Positions 37,798-51,383 of a DNA stretch of 64,000 bases are shown piece after piece; position 1 is the stretch's first letter; every line of letters begins with the position of its first letter. The notes under the pieces are model-generated. The model was not told where the DNA came from. It searched no databases and saw nothing but the letters and a program-made list of their open reading frames with translations. Origin of the DNA: Tubiluchus corallicola. Taxonomy: Eukaryota > Animalia > Priapulida. The translations under genes and the position numbers were made by a program. Location: positions 1 to 64,000 of the forward strand of contig JAQGDQ010000134.1 in NCBI GenBank assembly GCA_030141605.1, in the 5' to 3' direction.

Positions 37798-40551
37798 TTA
37801 ATCTTTCAGTTAGACTTTTCAACTTTTCATTTTATGCTGGTATTCATGTTAAATGAACATTTCACGCTGTTCATGTTAAAGTAAAAGAAAAGAGTAACAA
37901 AATGAATGAAATCATCGCCATTTTAAAGTCTCTAAACTTTTGGGTAATAATAACATTATTTACATTATTTACAGTTCAACTACAAAACATTTTCACGAGA
38001 TACTAATTCACGCAGTTTAATTTCAATATACACTAACTATACCATAAGACAAACATTAAAATATTTGAAAGACAAATGTAAGAAGATACATTTTAGGCCC
38101 AATATAACGTAAAGATGCATAAATAACTAAATAACACAACACAATGTAACAAATAACAGCGTTGTTTCTTAACAAGGGTTAAATGTACAATATTTATGAA
38201 ATCATAATAATTTTAACTGCAAATATATAAACACAACCGAACTTAAATACATTATAATATAAATAATCAATCCCTATATCAATCAAGCCCCAAACAATCA
38301 ATCAATTAATATTTACATAGATTTATAAACTTTTTATCAATTCAAGTTACAGCTACATATAATGAACAAAATTTAATGCCCAGATTCAACCAATCCAGTT
38401 TCATCACTATGGGGAATTTTCAACGAAAACGCGATCATACTACCTGCACAAAGCATTTTTAATTAGAAACCGTTTTACTTGATTTATATGACGTTATAAA
38501 GTAGATACAATAAGAGGCGATGATGTCATCAACTTAATATTTCCTTTTATAAGGGCTGCTTTGTCAGCTGCCCTTCAGGCGCCCGTTTGTAATTAATATT
38601 TTACAAGTATATTGGCGCAAAATATTGTAGTTCAGCACCAGAAATAGTAAAATTAGTAAAAAGGGTGAGGATAAACGGGTGAGTGGTCACTGAGTGAGTT
38701 CTGTAAAGTTAGGCAACGTCGGATCTGATAGTAAAAAAGGAAACTGGTTTCAACATCTGTCTTACTGCCTCAGCTACTTTTTGAGGAGGGTGCTTATTTA
38801 TCCAAACAAAGTGTGCAGGGTGATTATCTCAATAATAAGCTAGATTGCTCCCCTCCACTGTCATCAACACTGGTGCACTAAATGCTGGATACTGACGTGC
38901 AGAAGTTGTATATAGAAAGACGAAGAGAAAATCGAAAATTGTCATTAATTCAGTCAGCAATATGTGTGTCTAAATTCGTTTTTAATACGAAAAAATTAGT
39001 ACTTAAACTCCATAGCAAGCCTGGCGCTCCTGTTTGCTGAAGTTTACTGATTTTACAAGGGTAACGTCACATAAGCCGATAAAAACTCTGATACGGCAAC
39101 GACAATTAAATGACACCGAGTTTGGTCAATAAATGGATAGCTCACCATGTGAAGACTCACATTGTATAGTTTCAGCACTGCAATACAGTCATCAGTGATG
39201 TACCAACACCAAACGTGGTAAAGACATCTCTGTTACTAGAAGATCACTTGATAGTTAGATAAGTTTCGGTCCGGCCGCAGCCATAAAGGTTAATTAGTTC
39301 GCCCTCTTATCGTTGTATCTCAATATTACAGGGTACCAAACTAGATAAAAAGTCGACTACTGTGAGAATTCAAGTAACTAAAGATAACGTTTAGCACAAG
39401 CTAATCAGCAGTAGAACATTATTAAAACCGTCCGCATAAACACAGTCCTAAACGGCCGTACAGTCCTGAATGCCTTGAGCAAGAGGCCTAAACGATCGTA
39501 AACAAAACAAATTAAAACTGTCTTATACAGCCAGAGAAAAAAATCACGGTTCCTGCTAAAAATACTGCGAGCAATTTTCCTCAATAGAGAATAAATAATT
39601 CACTAAATCAATTAATGGTCCTTTCTGCCAATTTGTACTTAATTATGTCAACAATTAGTGACACGATGCATCGACTAATGTATTTCTGCAGTGAATGAAG
39701 CAACAAAGCTCTTGTATGATGAGTGGAAAAGCTTTTCAGCTGTTAATTTCCATCAAGGATTATTCCATGTTACGTAATGGAGGAGGATCACCGGAAGTGA
39801 CCTGTGGTTCAATCAACGCATCCGCTTTAACGAGAAAAAATATCTTGTTTAAAATCATTTCAGGAAGTCCTAAATCTATAATTTAGCATGTTTCAACATT
39901 TCCCGTGTTCATACCCATTTAGCTCCTATTTTCCGTAGTAAGTTTCTCCTATTTTCCAGGATGCCAGGATTTTCCATGAATGGATTCCTAAAAGTGCTCT
40001 GTGAAGCCCTGAATCGGCATTGCGTAATATTGTGCAAACGAATCTTGCGAAGGTTGGCGTAAGATGTAGAGGGTTACGCAAGCCAATAATCTATATAGGA
40101 GACTTCGGGAAGGCCCATTACCTGCTTTACTTCTGGATTATTCTCAACAAAACTGTAGGTCTACCACCACTGGGCGTGCAATGATTATTTTTAAAGACTC
40201 TCAACCGTATTCTGCATTTTTTAAAATAAGTTTTACATTCCAAACAGTAATAGCATTTAAGGTGTTTCAATTATAATCGCTTTTCAAGAATGGTAGGTGC
40301 AGCAATAAGCTGGAAAAAAGCAGAACTTATCCAGCTTTTCAAATTTGTGGATGGAGCTTTACTAAAAGCAACTCTATACAACAGCAATTTTACCAAGATT
40401 ATATAATGTGGCTTGTGTACTTCTTTCCTTCTAGGCATAAAAGTCGCGAAACGAAAATCTCATGAAAAACATAGAAAGTCATACTAAACATCCTAATTCA
40501 CACTAGGCCTAGCGGTACCATAAATGGTATCATAGTAATACTGGCAGGGGC

Positions 40552-40883
40552 CAGGGCTGGATTATCCTATAGGATAGTGTAGGTTGCAGCCTAGAACCCT
40601 TCAAGCTTGGGGCCCTGCTAAAAGATTTTCAAATCTAAATTTAGAGTTTATGGTTCCAAAAATTCCTTGTTTACCTACACACTTTATTGACAAACATAAA
40701 AAAGCTATTCTAGTTTATTTAAAGAATTTGCAATAAGTTTATTTTAAGTAAATATTCCCAGTAAATTATACCACGAGTAAAAAAACATTCAAGACGGGTA
40801 CGGGCGAACTAAAAGGTGGCTCCGTTTGACAGAAACTCCCCCTAATTAGTCCAGGGGCCCCAAAAGATCATAATCCGGTCCTG
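40552..40883. mobile_element. hAT-like MITE
   Basis: TIRs cagggctggattat ... ataatccggtcctg, subterminal ggggccc motifs, and flanking 8-mers gcaggggc / gccgtggc (6/8 match, consistent with a decayed 8-bp TSD). Confidence 0.75.
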
Positions 40884-41619
40884 GCCGTGGCTCATGCTAT
40901 TATGGAGAAATAATGCACAAAGATTCAATGCAGTAACACGTAAGAACCATTCATAACTCGTAAGAAGCATTGTATTACATGCAATGCAAATAAGTGAGTC
41001 TTGTGAGAATACTGTGAAAACCTCAGATTACTTTTAGGTCTAGACGTTGTGATTCGTATCATCTTTTCTATGAAACTACTATCATAATTAGGAGTTATCA
41101 GCTATCATCTTCAGAATTCTATTTTTCCAGATTCATTTTTTCCGTGAGGGCGGAGCATGCGGCGGCGCGGCAAAGCCCCACCGGCAAAACGTCCGCTTGT
41201 TTGATAGTATTTGTTTGTGTCTCACGGTACAGGAACATACATAAATTACATCCGGTGTGTAGCAAACTCGCCGTCTTCAAACAAGCTTCAGACAGCTGGT
41301 TTCTCTTTTCGTTTCTGTAATTTATATGAAGCCAGTCATTAGTCGAAAATCTGACGATGATTGATGCCCCTAGGCGGCCGATTCATGTCTGTCAGTTAGT
41401 TAACACTGAATCAGTCATTCACTGGTGGAATGTATTACTCCGCGTGTACACAATATGATCACCATTGAGTTTATTTATTCTGGGGTACATCATAATAATG
41501 TGAAGCATATTTCGGTTATGAGAAATTTCCACAATTTATTATACAAAGAGGGCTAATTTTGCCCTATGTTTTACGAAATGTTTAATGGAGTATTAAAATT
41601 GGTTCTATGTATTGCTTGA

Positions 41620-41745
41620 TGCTGTTCTTGTTGTTATTGTTCCAGCAGCTATTACTGCTGCTGCTGTTGTTGTTGTTGTTGTTGTTGTTGCTGCTGCTGC
41701 TGTTGTTGTTGCTGTTGTTGTTGCTGTTGTTGTGTTGTTGTTGTT
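41620..41745. repeat. (TTG/CTG)n trinucleotide repeat
   Basis: Read directly from the sequence. Confidence 0.93.
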
Positions 41746-42320
41746 TTTGTGACTTAATTCAAATAAAATTTTTAATTACCAATAAAACACTGCTAAGTAG
41801 CCCAGAGTCATAGGATAGAACTGCTTGAATCACTTTAAAGTACCTTTCGTAATCTGCGTTTGTTTTTCTTTCATTGTGGTCGTATACGTATACGTAGAGT
41901 ACGAAATTTAAAAATTCAGATGATCCATTCACTTCGTTTGATGTGCCGCTGCATCTGCATCTCATTTCCATGGTAACATGCCGGCGTCATGTCGAATTTG
42001 TACCTCATCTGTCATTAAGTAAGTGATCAGAGTCATCAAAAGCTCGGGGGTCCTCGGCAAGGGGCTGTTAATACTGTGTCAGTTAGTGCGAAACCCCATT
42101 GTAAAATGTGTTTGCCAGTTTATGCATGTACATTTTATGAGCTTAGTCCGTAAGTTAGATATATCATGTATTGACGATTTACAATCCATACAACTACAAT
42201 TACACTTACAAGTTACAAAACCTTACATAAACAATGCAATACATTACAATGAAGAAAAAACTACACAGGCAAAACCCACACATGGGGTATAACCGTCAAC
42301 ACAATACACAATAAAACCCA

Positions 42321-42609
<289 letters not shown>

Positions 42610-43205
42610 AACGGTATTTACATTAGTTAAATACTACAATTATATCATATTATGTCAAGTTATATTACAAAGTTTAGTACACAACGAATTTTACAATTGC
42701 AATTACATTTTCTAACAAGTTTATACTGTAGGACACAGTATTATATTTAATTACATTTTACAAAATGGTAACCTACATTCAAAGTGAAGCGCTAGAATTA
42801 TTGTATATAACGAAAATCTTACGCTATTAAATAAAACAAAATGTAAGCTTAATTTTTGTTATTTCGTTTTTTAAACACCCAGTAATATATGTTGACACTA
42901 AATTTGTCATTTCAAAATTACTACCTCCTAACAGCAAAACAAATTTTTGGTCCATAGGTAGATTAAATAAAAGCAGAATAAATTTCCGCAATAGAACTGA
43001 ATAAATTTGACGTTAGATCGTAGTAATTTTTACAGTCATGTACAAAATACATTTCATCTTCAACTTTTCATTCATTACAGTGTTTACATATTCGATTGCT
43101 AACAGGTACTTTGGATATACAATGTAGGCCTTTTTCTATATACAAGTTGTGAGAACTGATACGCAGTTTATTAAAGTTCGATCTTAGTACATGATTATGT
43201 ACGAA
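42610..43205 (-). mobile_element. 5'-truncated LINE remnant (ORF2 C-terminus and 3' UTR)
   Basis: Minus strand reads NFNKLRISSHNLYIEKGLH...NRICKHCNE*KVEDEMYFVHDCKNY, the same zinc-knuckle region as the 19-kb remnant. Confidence 0.85.
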
Positions 43206-43214
43206 AAGAAGATA

Positions 43215-43530
<316 letters not shown>

Positions 43531-43691
43531 TACTGACTACGGGATAGTAGGTCCAACAATAGCATAACAAGATAATAATAATTGACATAAATGCATAATA
43601 TGCACACAATCTAACTTAACAAAATGTCAAAACGAAATACCAATAAAAATTAAGTACAGAAATGGGTATGCTCAAGGTATCAACTCGAGTA

Positions 43692-44300
43692 CGGTGTTCC
43701 CTCGCTACTTCGCGGTTCGTTTATCGCGGACTCGCTGTTTCACGGGTTTTCAGGTTTTCAAAAACATTAATGTAAAATATTTATCGCTGTATTTTCGCTG
43801 TTTCACGGGGTTTTGGACGCTAAGTAGAGACGCTATACTTATTTTAGTAGTTATACATTATTTTAAGTCTTTATAACCCCCCCCACATTCTTATACATAA
43901 CCCTTTCCTATTCTCTTAATAACTTTTCCCGTACTGTACATGTACCTTTTAAAAAACGAAAATTTCAAAATCGCGTACACGCGACAGTCGGATGCTAACG
44001 TGAACTGGAAGAGCTGAGATCGGGTAGCTGCGCACAGCGAAAAACAAATTGCACGGTACCTGAGCCAATCAGCGACTGGGATACAGAGCAGCATTCTCTC
44101 GTTGGTCGCTTTCCATCAATCAACCAATCGTGTGTTGTGTACAATCTCACGTCAGCAAGCAAAAATACTTTAGACAGAGTACCGTAAAAACCCGCGAAAC
44201 AGCGAAGATACCGCGATAAATATTTTACATTAAGATTTTTGAAAACCCGCGAAACAGCGAGTCCGCGATAAACGAACCACGAAGTAGCGAGGGAACAATA
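43692..44300. mobile_element. pogo/Tigger-type (Tc1/mariner superfamily) MITE with ~125-bp inverted arms
   Basis: TA|cggtgttccctcgctacttcgcggttcgtttatcgcggactcgctgtttc ... gaaacagcgagtccgcgataaacgaaccacgaagtagcgagggaacaata|TA; TA target duplication. Confidence 0.9.
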
Positions 44301-45613
44301 TAAAACAGACAGAAAACAACCAAACAAATAAAAAAGCAGCGTTGAACCATAACTTTCTTAACAGAGGTTGGCAGAGGTAAAAACAACTAAAATAATTATC
44401 TCCCATAGTAATCTTTACCCTAAACTTATTATTATTTTATAAGTGTGCAATTTTTCCATTTGTGCCATTTTTCCTGTGCCATTTTTCCTGTGCACCATGC
44501 TATTTCGTCATGGTGGTTGTGGTGTTGCTGATGATGGTGATGACAACAGCGGCGATGGTAGTAGTTTCGTATCAACAGTTTGGTATTAGTAAGGCTTTAT
44601 TGTTGCTGCGGCAGCTAAAACTAAATAAGTAATTTTAAATTCATGGGAAAGAAAACATTTAAACTTCTCAAAGAACAAGCAATTCAGTTTCAACCGTCTC
44701 AAAATCTTGCTGGTGATAATTGTGCTAAAACAGATTCTTCCCGTTTCAGCTCCATTCTATTTACCCGAGGGCATTCTGGTATACTTGATCCACCATTCGT
44801 TACAATGGTTACAACTGAAACACAAACATTCTGGTCTTCATAGCAGTTTAACAAATCCTTTAAAGTACACGTTGTTTACCATACTGCGATTGAAATTCAC
44901 AGACTTTGTACAACAGTTGTTGATGCAGTCCAGAGATAACAACTCTTTGTTTCGTCTCCATCCAGGTGGGTTGTTATTCTAACCTGGCTCTACAATGGAC
45001 TCCCGAGAGGTTTGGAGTTGAGCAAATTTGCTTTACCTTTTCGTCGTACGGGAACGCAGGAGCAGCTGCTCTCCTGGGTCGCTCTTTTGCGTGTCTTCTC
45101 TTTTTGTGATCAAGATAAGCATGGGAACCAAGTTTTGTGTTGCACTAACCATGCTTTACTATGGGTCTGCAAGAAATGGTCTGCAAGGTCTGAAAGGAAA
45201 TGGTAGGCTTATTTTACACATTTTTGTTGTTTCGGTGTTCAGTGGTAAAAAGTGTCAACCTTTGATGATTTAATTCGGTTATACGTTATTTCTAGCAGGT
45301 GTCTTACTTTCTAACGACCTGATGTCACTTTTCTGCGAGTATCTTAGGAAATTCATCTGATAGGTCACGGTAACAGGTGGACTAATGAAAAATTTAACCA
45401 GTAAGAAACATAGCATATTGTGCTGTTTGTATCAAAATTTTGCGTAGTTTAAAGAATCTCTCTGAAGCAGAAACTAACGTTATGCTAGAAATATCAACAG
45501 ACATTCTGTATAGCCTTGCAGAAAGTGTGATTAGTCAGGCACGAAGATATACGTTATTCTTACCTTTGCCAGGTTTTAAATTAGAAAAATGTTCTACATA
45601 CAACTTGCGTTAC

Positions 45614-46212
45614 AGTAAAAACAGGATGATTTTTCATGTCCTACCAACGTTCCCCATTTTGAAGTACGATAAAAAGTATATATTTTAATAACCTAGTAAA
45701 TGCCAAAGCGTTCCTGATAATTAAATAATAGGTCAAAACTTAATCAACGACAAGTGAGGCCAACTAGTGATGACATCAACATAATTTTCATCAGCTCAAA
45801 CATTCAATGAGTGTGTTGCACGTGTTTGTGAAATTGAAGATTGAAGTACAGTGCGGTATACAAAAACTCGGCAAATTTTAAGTATAAAATTCAAATTTCA
45901 AGTTTACCACTGTGCTCATACGTAAGCTCTGGAACGTGCACGCTACGTCACAACTGAACATTTCTGAACTGAGAGGTATAGCGTCTGTTTCTGTGCAACA
46001 CGTTTACGAGGTGTAGGCTTTGGTGTCCATCTAACTAACAAAAGGCGAAATACATGTAACAGCGAAGAACTAGCCGCGCGAACGTGAAAAACTACATTTC
46101 TGTGGTGGTAAAAATTCTTTCACGTAAGTCATTTTACCAAGTATATTCCCTTTCAATATTTCATAGAATTAATTGTTTTGAGCTACAGTTAAGGATTGGA
46201 TCCGGTTTTCCT
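45614..46212 (+). mobile_element. Non-autonomous Kolobok-like element, family A, ~600-bp copy
   Basis: acaggatgatttttcat...ccccattttgaagtacg ... tccggttttcct|TTAA; homologous to 23351-23679 and 50781-51383. Confidence 0.75.
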
Positions 46213-46270
46213 TTAATATGAAGATCCCGCTTTTGTATAATACAAGATGCCAAGTATAAATTTAAACCAA

Positions 46271-46397
46271 GTATGTATGTATGTATGTATGTATGTATGT
46301 ATGTATGTATGTATGTATGTATGTATGTATGTATGTATGTATGTATGTATGTATGTATGTATGTATGTATGTATGTATGTATGTATGTATGTATGTA
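46271..46397. repeat. (GTAT)n microsatellite
   Basis: Read directly from the sequence. Confidence 0.98.
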
Positions 46398-47046
46398 CGC
46401 GGTTTAAATTTTGTCTCGCTAGATATTTTAAGAACTAAATATTTTAACTGCGATCTTATTGCGTTTAGTCACTGTACCTGATAATAAACGTTGTTTAACA
46501 CTGATTATTTTCATTGAAGCCTTGTTTGCATGCCACTCACAGGCTGACATGAGAGCGGTAATTAGAAATGAGTCAGTTTATGAATATCACCCAGCTTCCT
46601 AGTAGAATTAATCAGACAGAGAAAAAAGCAAAGCGCAGCTTCATAACACGCGCAGCTGTGTTGACTCTTCACTCGAAGAGACTCTCGGCTTTGTATGGGC
46701 GATCAGTACTACATTCGGTTGAAAATGGGTCTACCTAAAAATGAAAATATAACAAAAATTTGGTCTAAAATGGATGGCTTGACATGTATCCTGGCTCCAC
46801 TGTCCACTGTCGAAATCTTCGCTCGTTAACATGCCTAGATAAGTTCTCCCCAAATGTGCACTGACCAGGTGTATGGTTGTATGCTGCTCTTGTGACTTTG
46901 AAACTTAGATATCGTACATTCTAATTTGCAAAATTAATGGTTCAGTTTTGATTTTCTACACAAAGTAACAAAAGCTGTTACTATTAAGCTGCACAGATTT
47001 TTTTGCTATCTCTCGACCTTTTATTTGTATTTTCTTAATTCCGAGT

Positions 47047-47274
<228 letters not shown>

Positions 47275-47804
47275 TAACAGAAGGTCAACTTTTCAGCTTA
47301 ATTGGGTAAAGTAAAGTTAGTTTCTGAACTTTGAGACAGAATACAAGCGCTGTTTATTTTGACCTTAGACTCCCGGACTAATATGTTGAAATGCGTATTT
47401 ATAATGTGGAGAATCAAGACAAGACAAGACTATTAGTCTCGTGTTGATTATGTCGTCTTAACTTGCGCACTTGACTTTTCACCTGGCGCTATGTTTAGGT
47501 GACACCTGACTTTTGTTTCACCTGACATTTCACCTGTCTAGGTACTTTCATTTCCTGTAAATTTGTAATTTGAGCAATGTTCCTGGGTCATTGCTGTAGT
47601 GGTCGAGATGGTCCTTGTTGTTATGACAACGCTTGTTCTGTTCATTTTAAACGTGGAAAATCTTGCCAGCCTGTTTTGTTATACGTCTACGTAGTTTTAT
47701 GCGATTTTTTATGCGACCATCTTTGTCAAATTTGCTTCAACTTTGAAACCTTTTCCACTATCTACGTAATGTAAATAGAAATGGCAAATAGAAAGAAGTA
47801 ATAA

Positions 47805-47951
47805 TAGCACGGTAAATACGGGCACAGAAATAGCTTAGCCCAGACTCATTTTGTTGAGTTTTTAATTTTACTTTTTTGTTCCTTTTTCTTGTCCTTTTCA
47901 TCATGCAATATTTACTGTGTCGTTTTTACCTGTGCAATTTTACCGTGCACC
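47805..47951. mobile_element. Small foldback element with ~15-bp subterminal repeats (related right end at 44445-44496)
   Basis: gcacggtaaa ... tttaccgtgcacc inverted pair. Repeated ttttt(a/c)cctgtgc units also occur at 44445-44496, ending gtgcacc. Confidence 0.45.
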
Positions 47952-48519
47952 AAAAGGACAATCACATATAATTTTTTTCCCAACTAGTCGTTCCTATGGC
48001 CTAGGGATAACTTGGTAAAATGCATTTTAGTCTGGTCTACGAAATTTTATCACCTTAAATTTTTCCTGTGGTTACCTATCCAAATAATGACCAGAACTTA
48101 CAATACTAAAGTTTGAGCAATTGTCGACAGTGATCGCATATAAAATAACGCGCATTGTTAGAGTTAATTTTGCCACCGAGAAACTCGTTAAGGTTTACGA
48201 CAAATTTAATAAATTCATTGTACCGGAAATGGAAAATAAAAATTTGCTGCTTCACTTCCGGTAGTCAGGGCAGTTGGGTGAAACATGAGTCTACGATGGA
48301 TTGAATTTTTACGAAAAACAAATTCGGCTGTGTAATTTAGCACGAGAGAAATTCTCGCAGCGAGGTTGCATTTGAGATTATTTCTTAATTAACGCCGATA
48401 TTAAATAACGTGAAAAATATTGAGCTAAAACAACTAAAACCAGCCATCTAAATAAGTACGCATATTGCTTGCGACACGATTAATTTTCTTATCTGACCTT
48501 TTCACTGACAGACAACAGC

Positions 48520-48937
48520 CTAATTGACCAATCATTAAATTAAAACTTGCCAGCGGACTGACACACCGACCAATCGACCACTAGCTGATCAACTGATTGC
48601 CTGACAAACTGATGACTGATTTATAGCCTGGATGTCTGGCTAACTGCCTGCTTATGTGACTGATTTGTTGGTTGCTTGTTAGCCTGGATGTATGGCTAAC
48701 TGCCTGCTTATGTGACTGATGGGTTGGTTGCTGGTTAATTGGCTTAACTATTGGCAGGTCTGTTAGTAAGCTGTTCACTATAAGCTGACTTTTTATGGAT
48801 TGGCTGATAACTGACTGCTTATTTAATTAACTGATCATCTGTTTGGTTGATTGTTCGATTGATTTTTGGACTGACTAGCCTACTGACTGCTTACTTGCGG
48901 ACTGCCTGCCTCCCTGACTAACTGAGTGATTGGCTGA
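48520..48937. repeat. Highly degenerate tetranucleotide (CTGA/TTGG/CTGC) tract with an internal ~60-bp duplication
   Basis: tagcctggatgt.tggctaactgcctgcttatgtgactgat occurs twice (about 48624 and 48680). Confidence 0.7.
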
Positions 48938-50049
48938 AGGGTTGCGAAACTTTGCTAAAAATCCCTTATTTTATATTTACTTTTACTGAATTTAAAGCCG
49001 CATTAATAACTCATATGCTGATTGTATTATGAGAATTAAAATATATACTGTACTTTATGCAGTGTTTGAATAGCAGAAATGTATTGTGCCAAGATATTTA
49101 TGGTTCATTCTTTTAAGAAGGTTTGATTTAGGAAAAATTTGCAAAACACCAAAGAAGAAAATCAGTTAGCATGTAAATACTCTTTAAACGAACCAGTTGC
49201 TTGGCACCAGGACAATTCTGCAAAGTACCTCATCAGTCTGCAAATCTGGCCTGATTCTTCTCAAGATGCGATCAGGTTTCGGTTTACATCTATCAAGTCT
49301 TCCAAAACTTCTCTTACGAGAAAGCCTCATGTATACGTGATTAAGGTGAATTTGTCTAAACGGCGCCGACCATTTGTCCCAATCAGTGCAATATGTCTTC
49401 CAATCAGTCAATGACCAGGAAGCCAGATGCATAAAGAGGGTGTTCACAATCACTACAACGCCTCTGAACAAGTTTAGAACACGCTATCGAATTTTATAAT
49501 TGTATCATTTTCACGAAAACACAAAACGGGTGAGTTAACATACCCTTTTAAGATCAAAACCATATCTCACTTATCTGTTTAATAATACCTCGGTAACTTA
49601 TCTAATAATCTAGATTCAATGGACGGACGTGATCACGAATGGCAACCAATAATAAGTCTTAGAGTTCCATCCTTGTTCCAGTCCGCTGACAGAAGAATTA
49701 GTGCTGTCTTGTTAGTCCGTATCAAGTCTGTAAAAGGCAGTCTCTATGTGCATTGCAGAAATTTTATACTTTTCTTGAACATTATCTTTAACAGTCACGT
49801 TTTCCAAGCTTTTCGACATTTCTAATAGTGAGAAGGTAAGCACGGGTTATTTATCCAATATTTTTCTCATTACATGAATCTTGTGAAAATTAATGATCGT
49901 AATTTCGCAATCATAGATTTAATTGTTTGTGATTAGAATCACACTATATTTCGTTAGCTAATCTACGATGACGTATTTACAATTTTTACGATTGAAAAGA
50001 GAAAATTTATTAATACGCACCATGTATCGCACAATGTATGAATGGCTCT

Positions 50050-50580
50050 TATTGTAGCTGCTGCTGTTATTGCATCGCATTTATATAGCTGTTGCTGTTA
50101 TTGTATCGCATTTTTGTAGTTTTTGTTGTTACTGTATCACATTTTTATAGCTGTTGCTGTTATTGCATCGCATTTTTATAGTTTTTATTGTTATTGTATC
50201 GCATTTTTAGTTATTGCTGTTGTTGCATCGCATTTTTATAGTTGTTGCCGTTATTGCATCGCATAATTATAGCTGTTGCTGTTATTGTATGGCATTTCTA
50301 TAGTTGTTGCTGTTATTGTAACGCATTTTTATAGTTTTTGTTGTTACTGTATCACATTTTTATAGTTGTTGCTGTTATTGTATCGTATTTTTATAGTTGT
50401 TGCTGTTATTGCATCGCATTTTTATAGTTGTTGCTGTTACTGTATCGCATTTTTATAGTTGTTGCTGTTATTGTATCGCAATTTTTTTGGTTGTTGCTGT
50501 TACTGCATCGCATTTTTATAGTTGTTGCTGTTATTGTATCGCATTTTTATAGTTGCTGCTGTTACTGTGTCGCATTTTTT
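50050..50580. repeat. 31-bp minisatellite, about 17 copies
   Basis: Unit ttgttgctgttattgtatcgcatttttatag with point variants. Confidence 0.95.
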
Positions 50581-50780
50581 TGTGATTTCATTTCAGTTTT
50601 TTATCTTTTCTTGCCATGACATTGGTCCTCTTTGCTGCTTCTAAGTAAGTTTTATATCCAAATATTTCAGAAACAGAAGTATGAGCATTGGTGGAAAGTG
50701 TTTATAGTTGCCGTATCCATCGATTAGTTATGTAATTGAAATAAACAAAAAGCAAAGGAATCAACAATTTCTAACCTTGA

Positions 50781-51383
50781 AGGAATACCGCCCCCCCCGT
50801 TCTTAAGCTATAGCTCAAACCAATCTAACCCATTAAATATTGAAAGGGTGCGTATTGTTTTTTCAAGAGCAACTTATTTGAAAGAACTATTATCACAGAA
50901 GCGAAATATCGTCTTTGAACGGCTAGTTCTTCGCTATTACATAAATTTCGCTATTTTCTAGTTAGACGGGCACTAGCGCGCCTGTGTCTATGAAATTCAC
51001 TGTACAAAAACAGGTGTTGTACGCCTCTGTTCAGAGCTGTTCAGTTGTGACGTAATGGACACGTTCGAAAGTTCATGCGTGAGCATGACGGTATACCTAA
51101 AACTTGTCAAGTTTTTGTATACCACACTGAAAGTTGTTCTGTAGCAATGTACTTCAATTTTCGCTTTCGCAAATACGTATAACCTGCTCGTGGAATATTT
51201 ATGCTGTTCAAAATGATGTCCAACTGTCAAGTCATCACTAACTACGCTCGACGACCGTTAAGTGAGTCTTTAACCAATTATTTAGTTATAAGAAACGTTT
51301 TCGCCGTATTATAGGTGTTAAGATGTATGCTTTTTACCGTACTTCAAAATGGGGTAGGATATGAAAAATCATCCTGTCTTCCT
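50781..51383 (-). mobile_element. Non-autonomous Kolobok-like element, family A, inverted ~600-bp copy
   Basis: ttga|aggaataccg ... gtacttcaaaatggggtagg...aaatcatcctgtcttcct|TTAA. AGG...CCT termini with a TTAA target fit Kolobok rather than piggyBac. Confidence 0.75.

Noticed and set aside
39692-39778. Possible + strand exon (NEATKLLYDEWKSFSAVNFHQGLFHVT*) after ttctgcag
   Set aside because: Short, no recognisable homology and no partner exons.
50050-50580. CRISPR-like array (31-bp repeats)
   Set aside because: Units are head-to-tail with no unique spacers, there are no cas genes, and the context is eukaryotic; it is a minisatellite.
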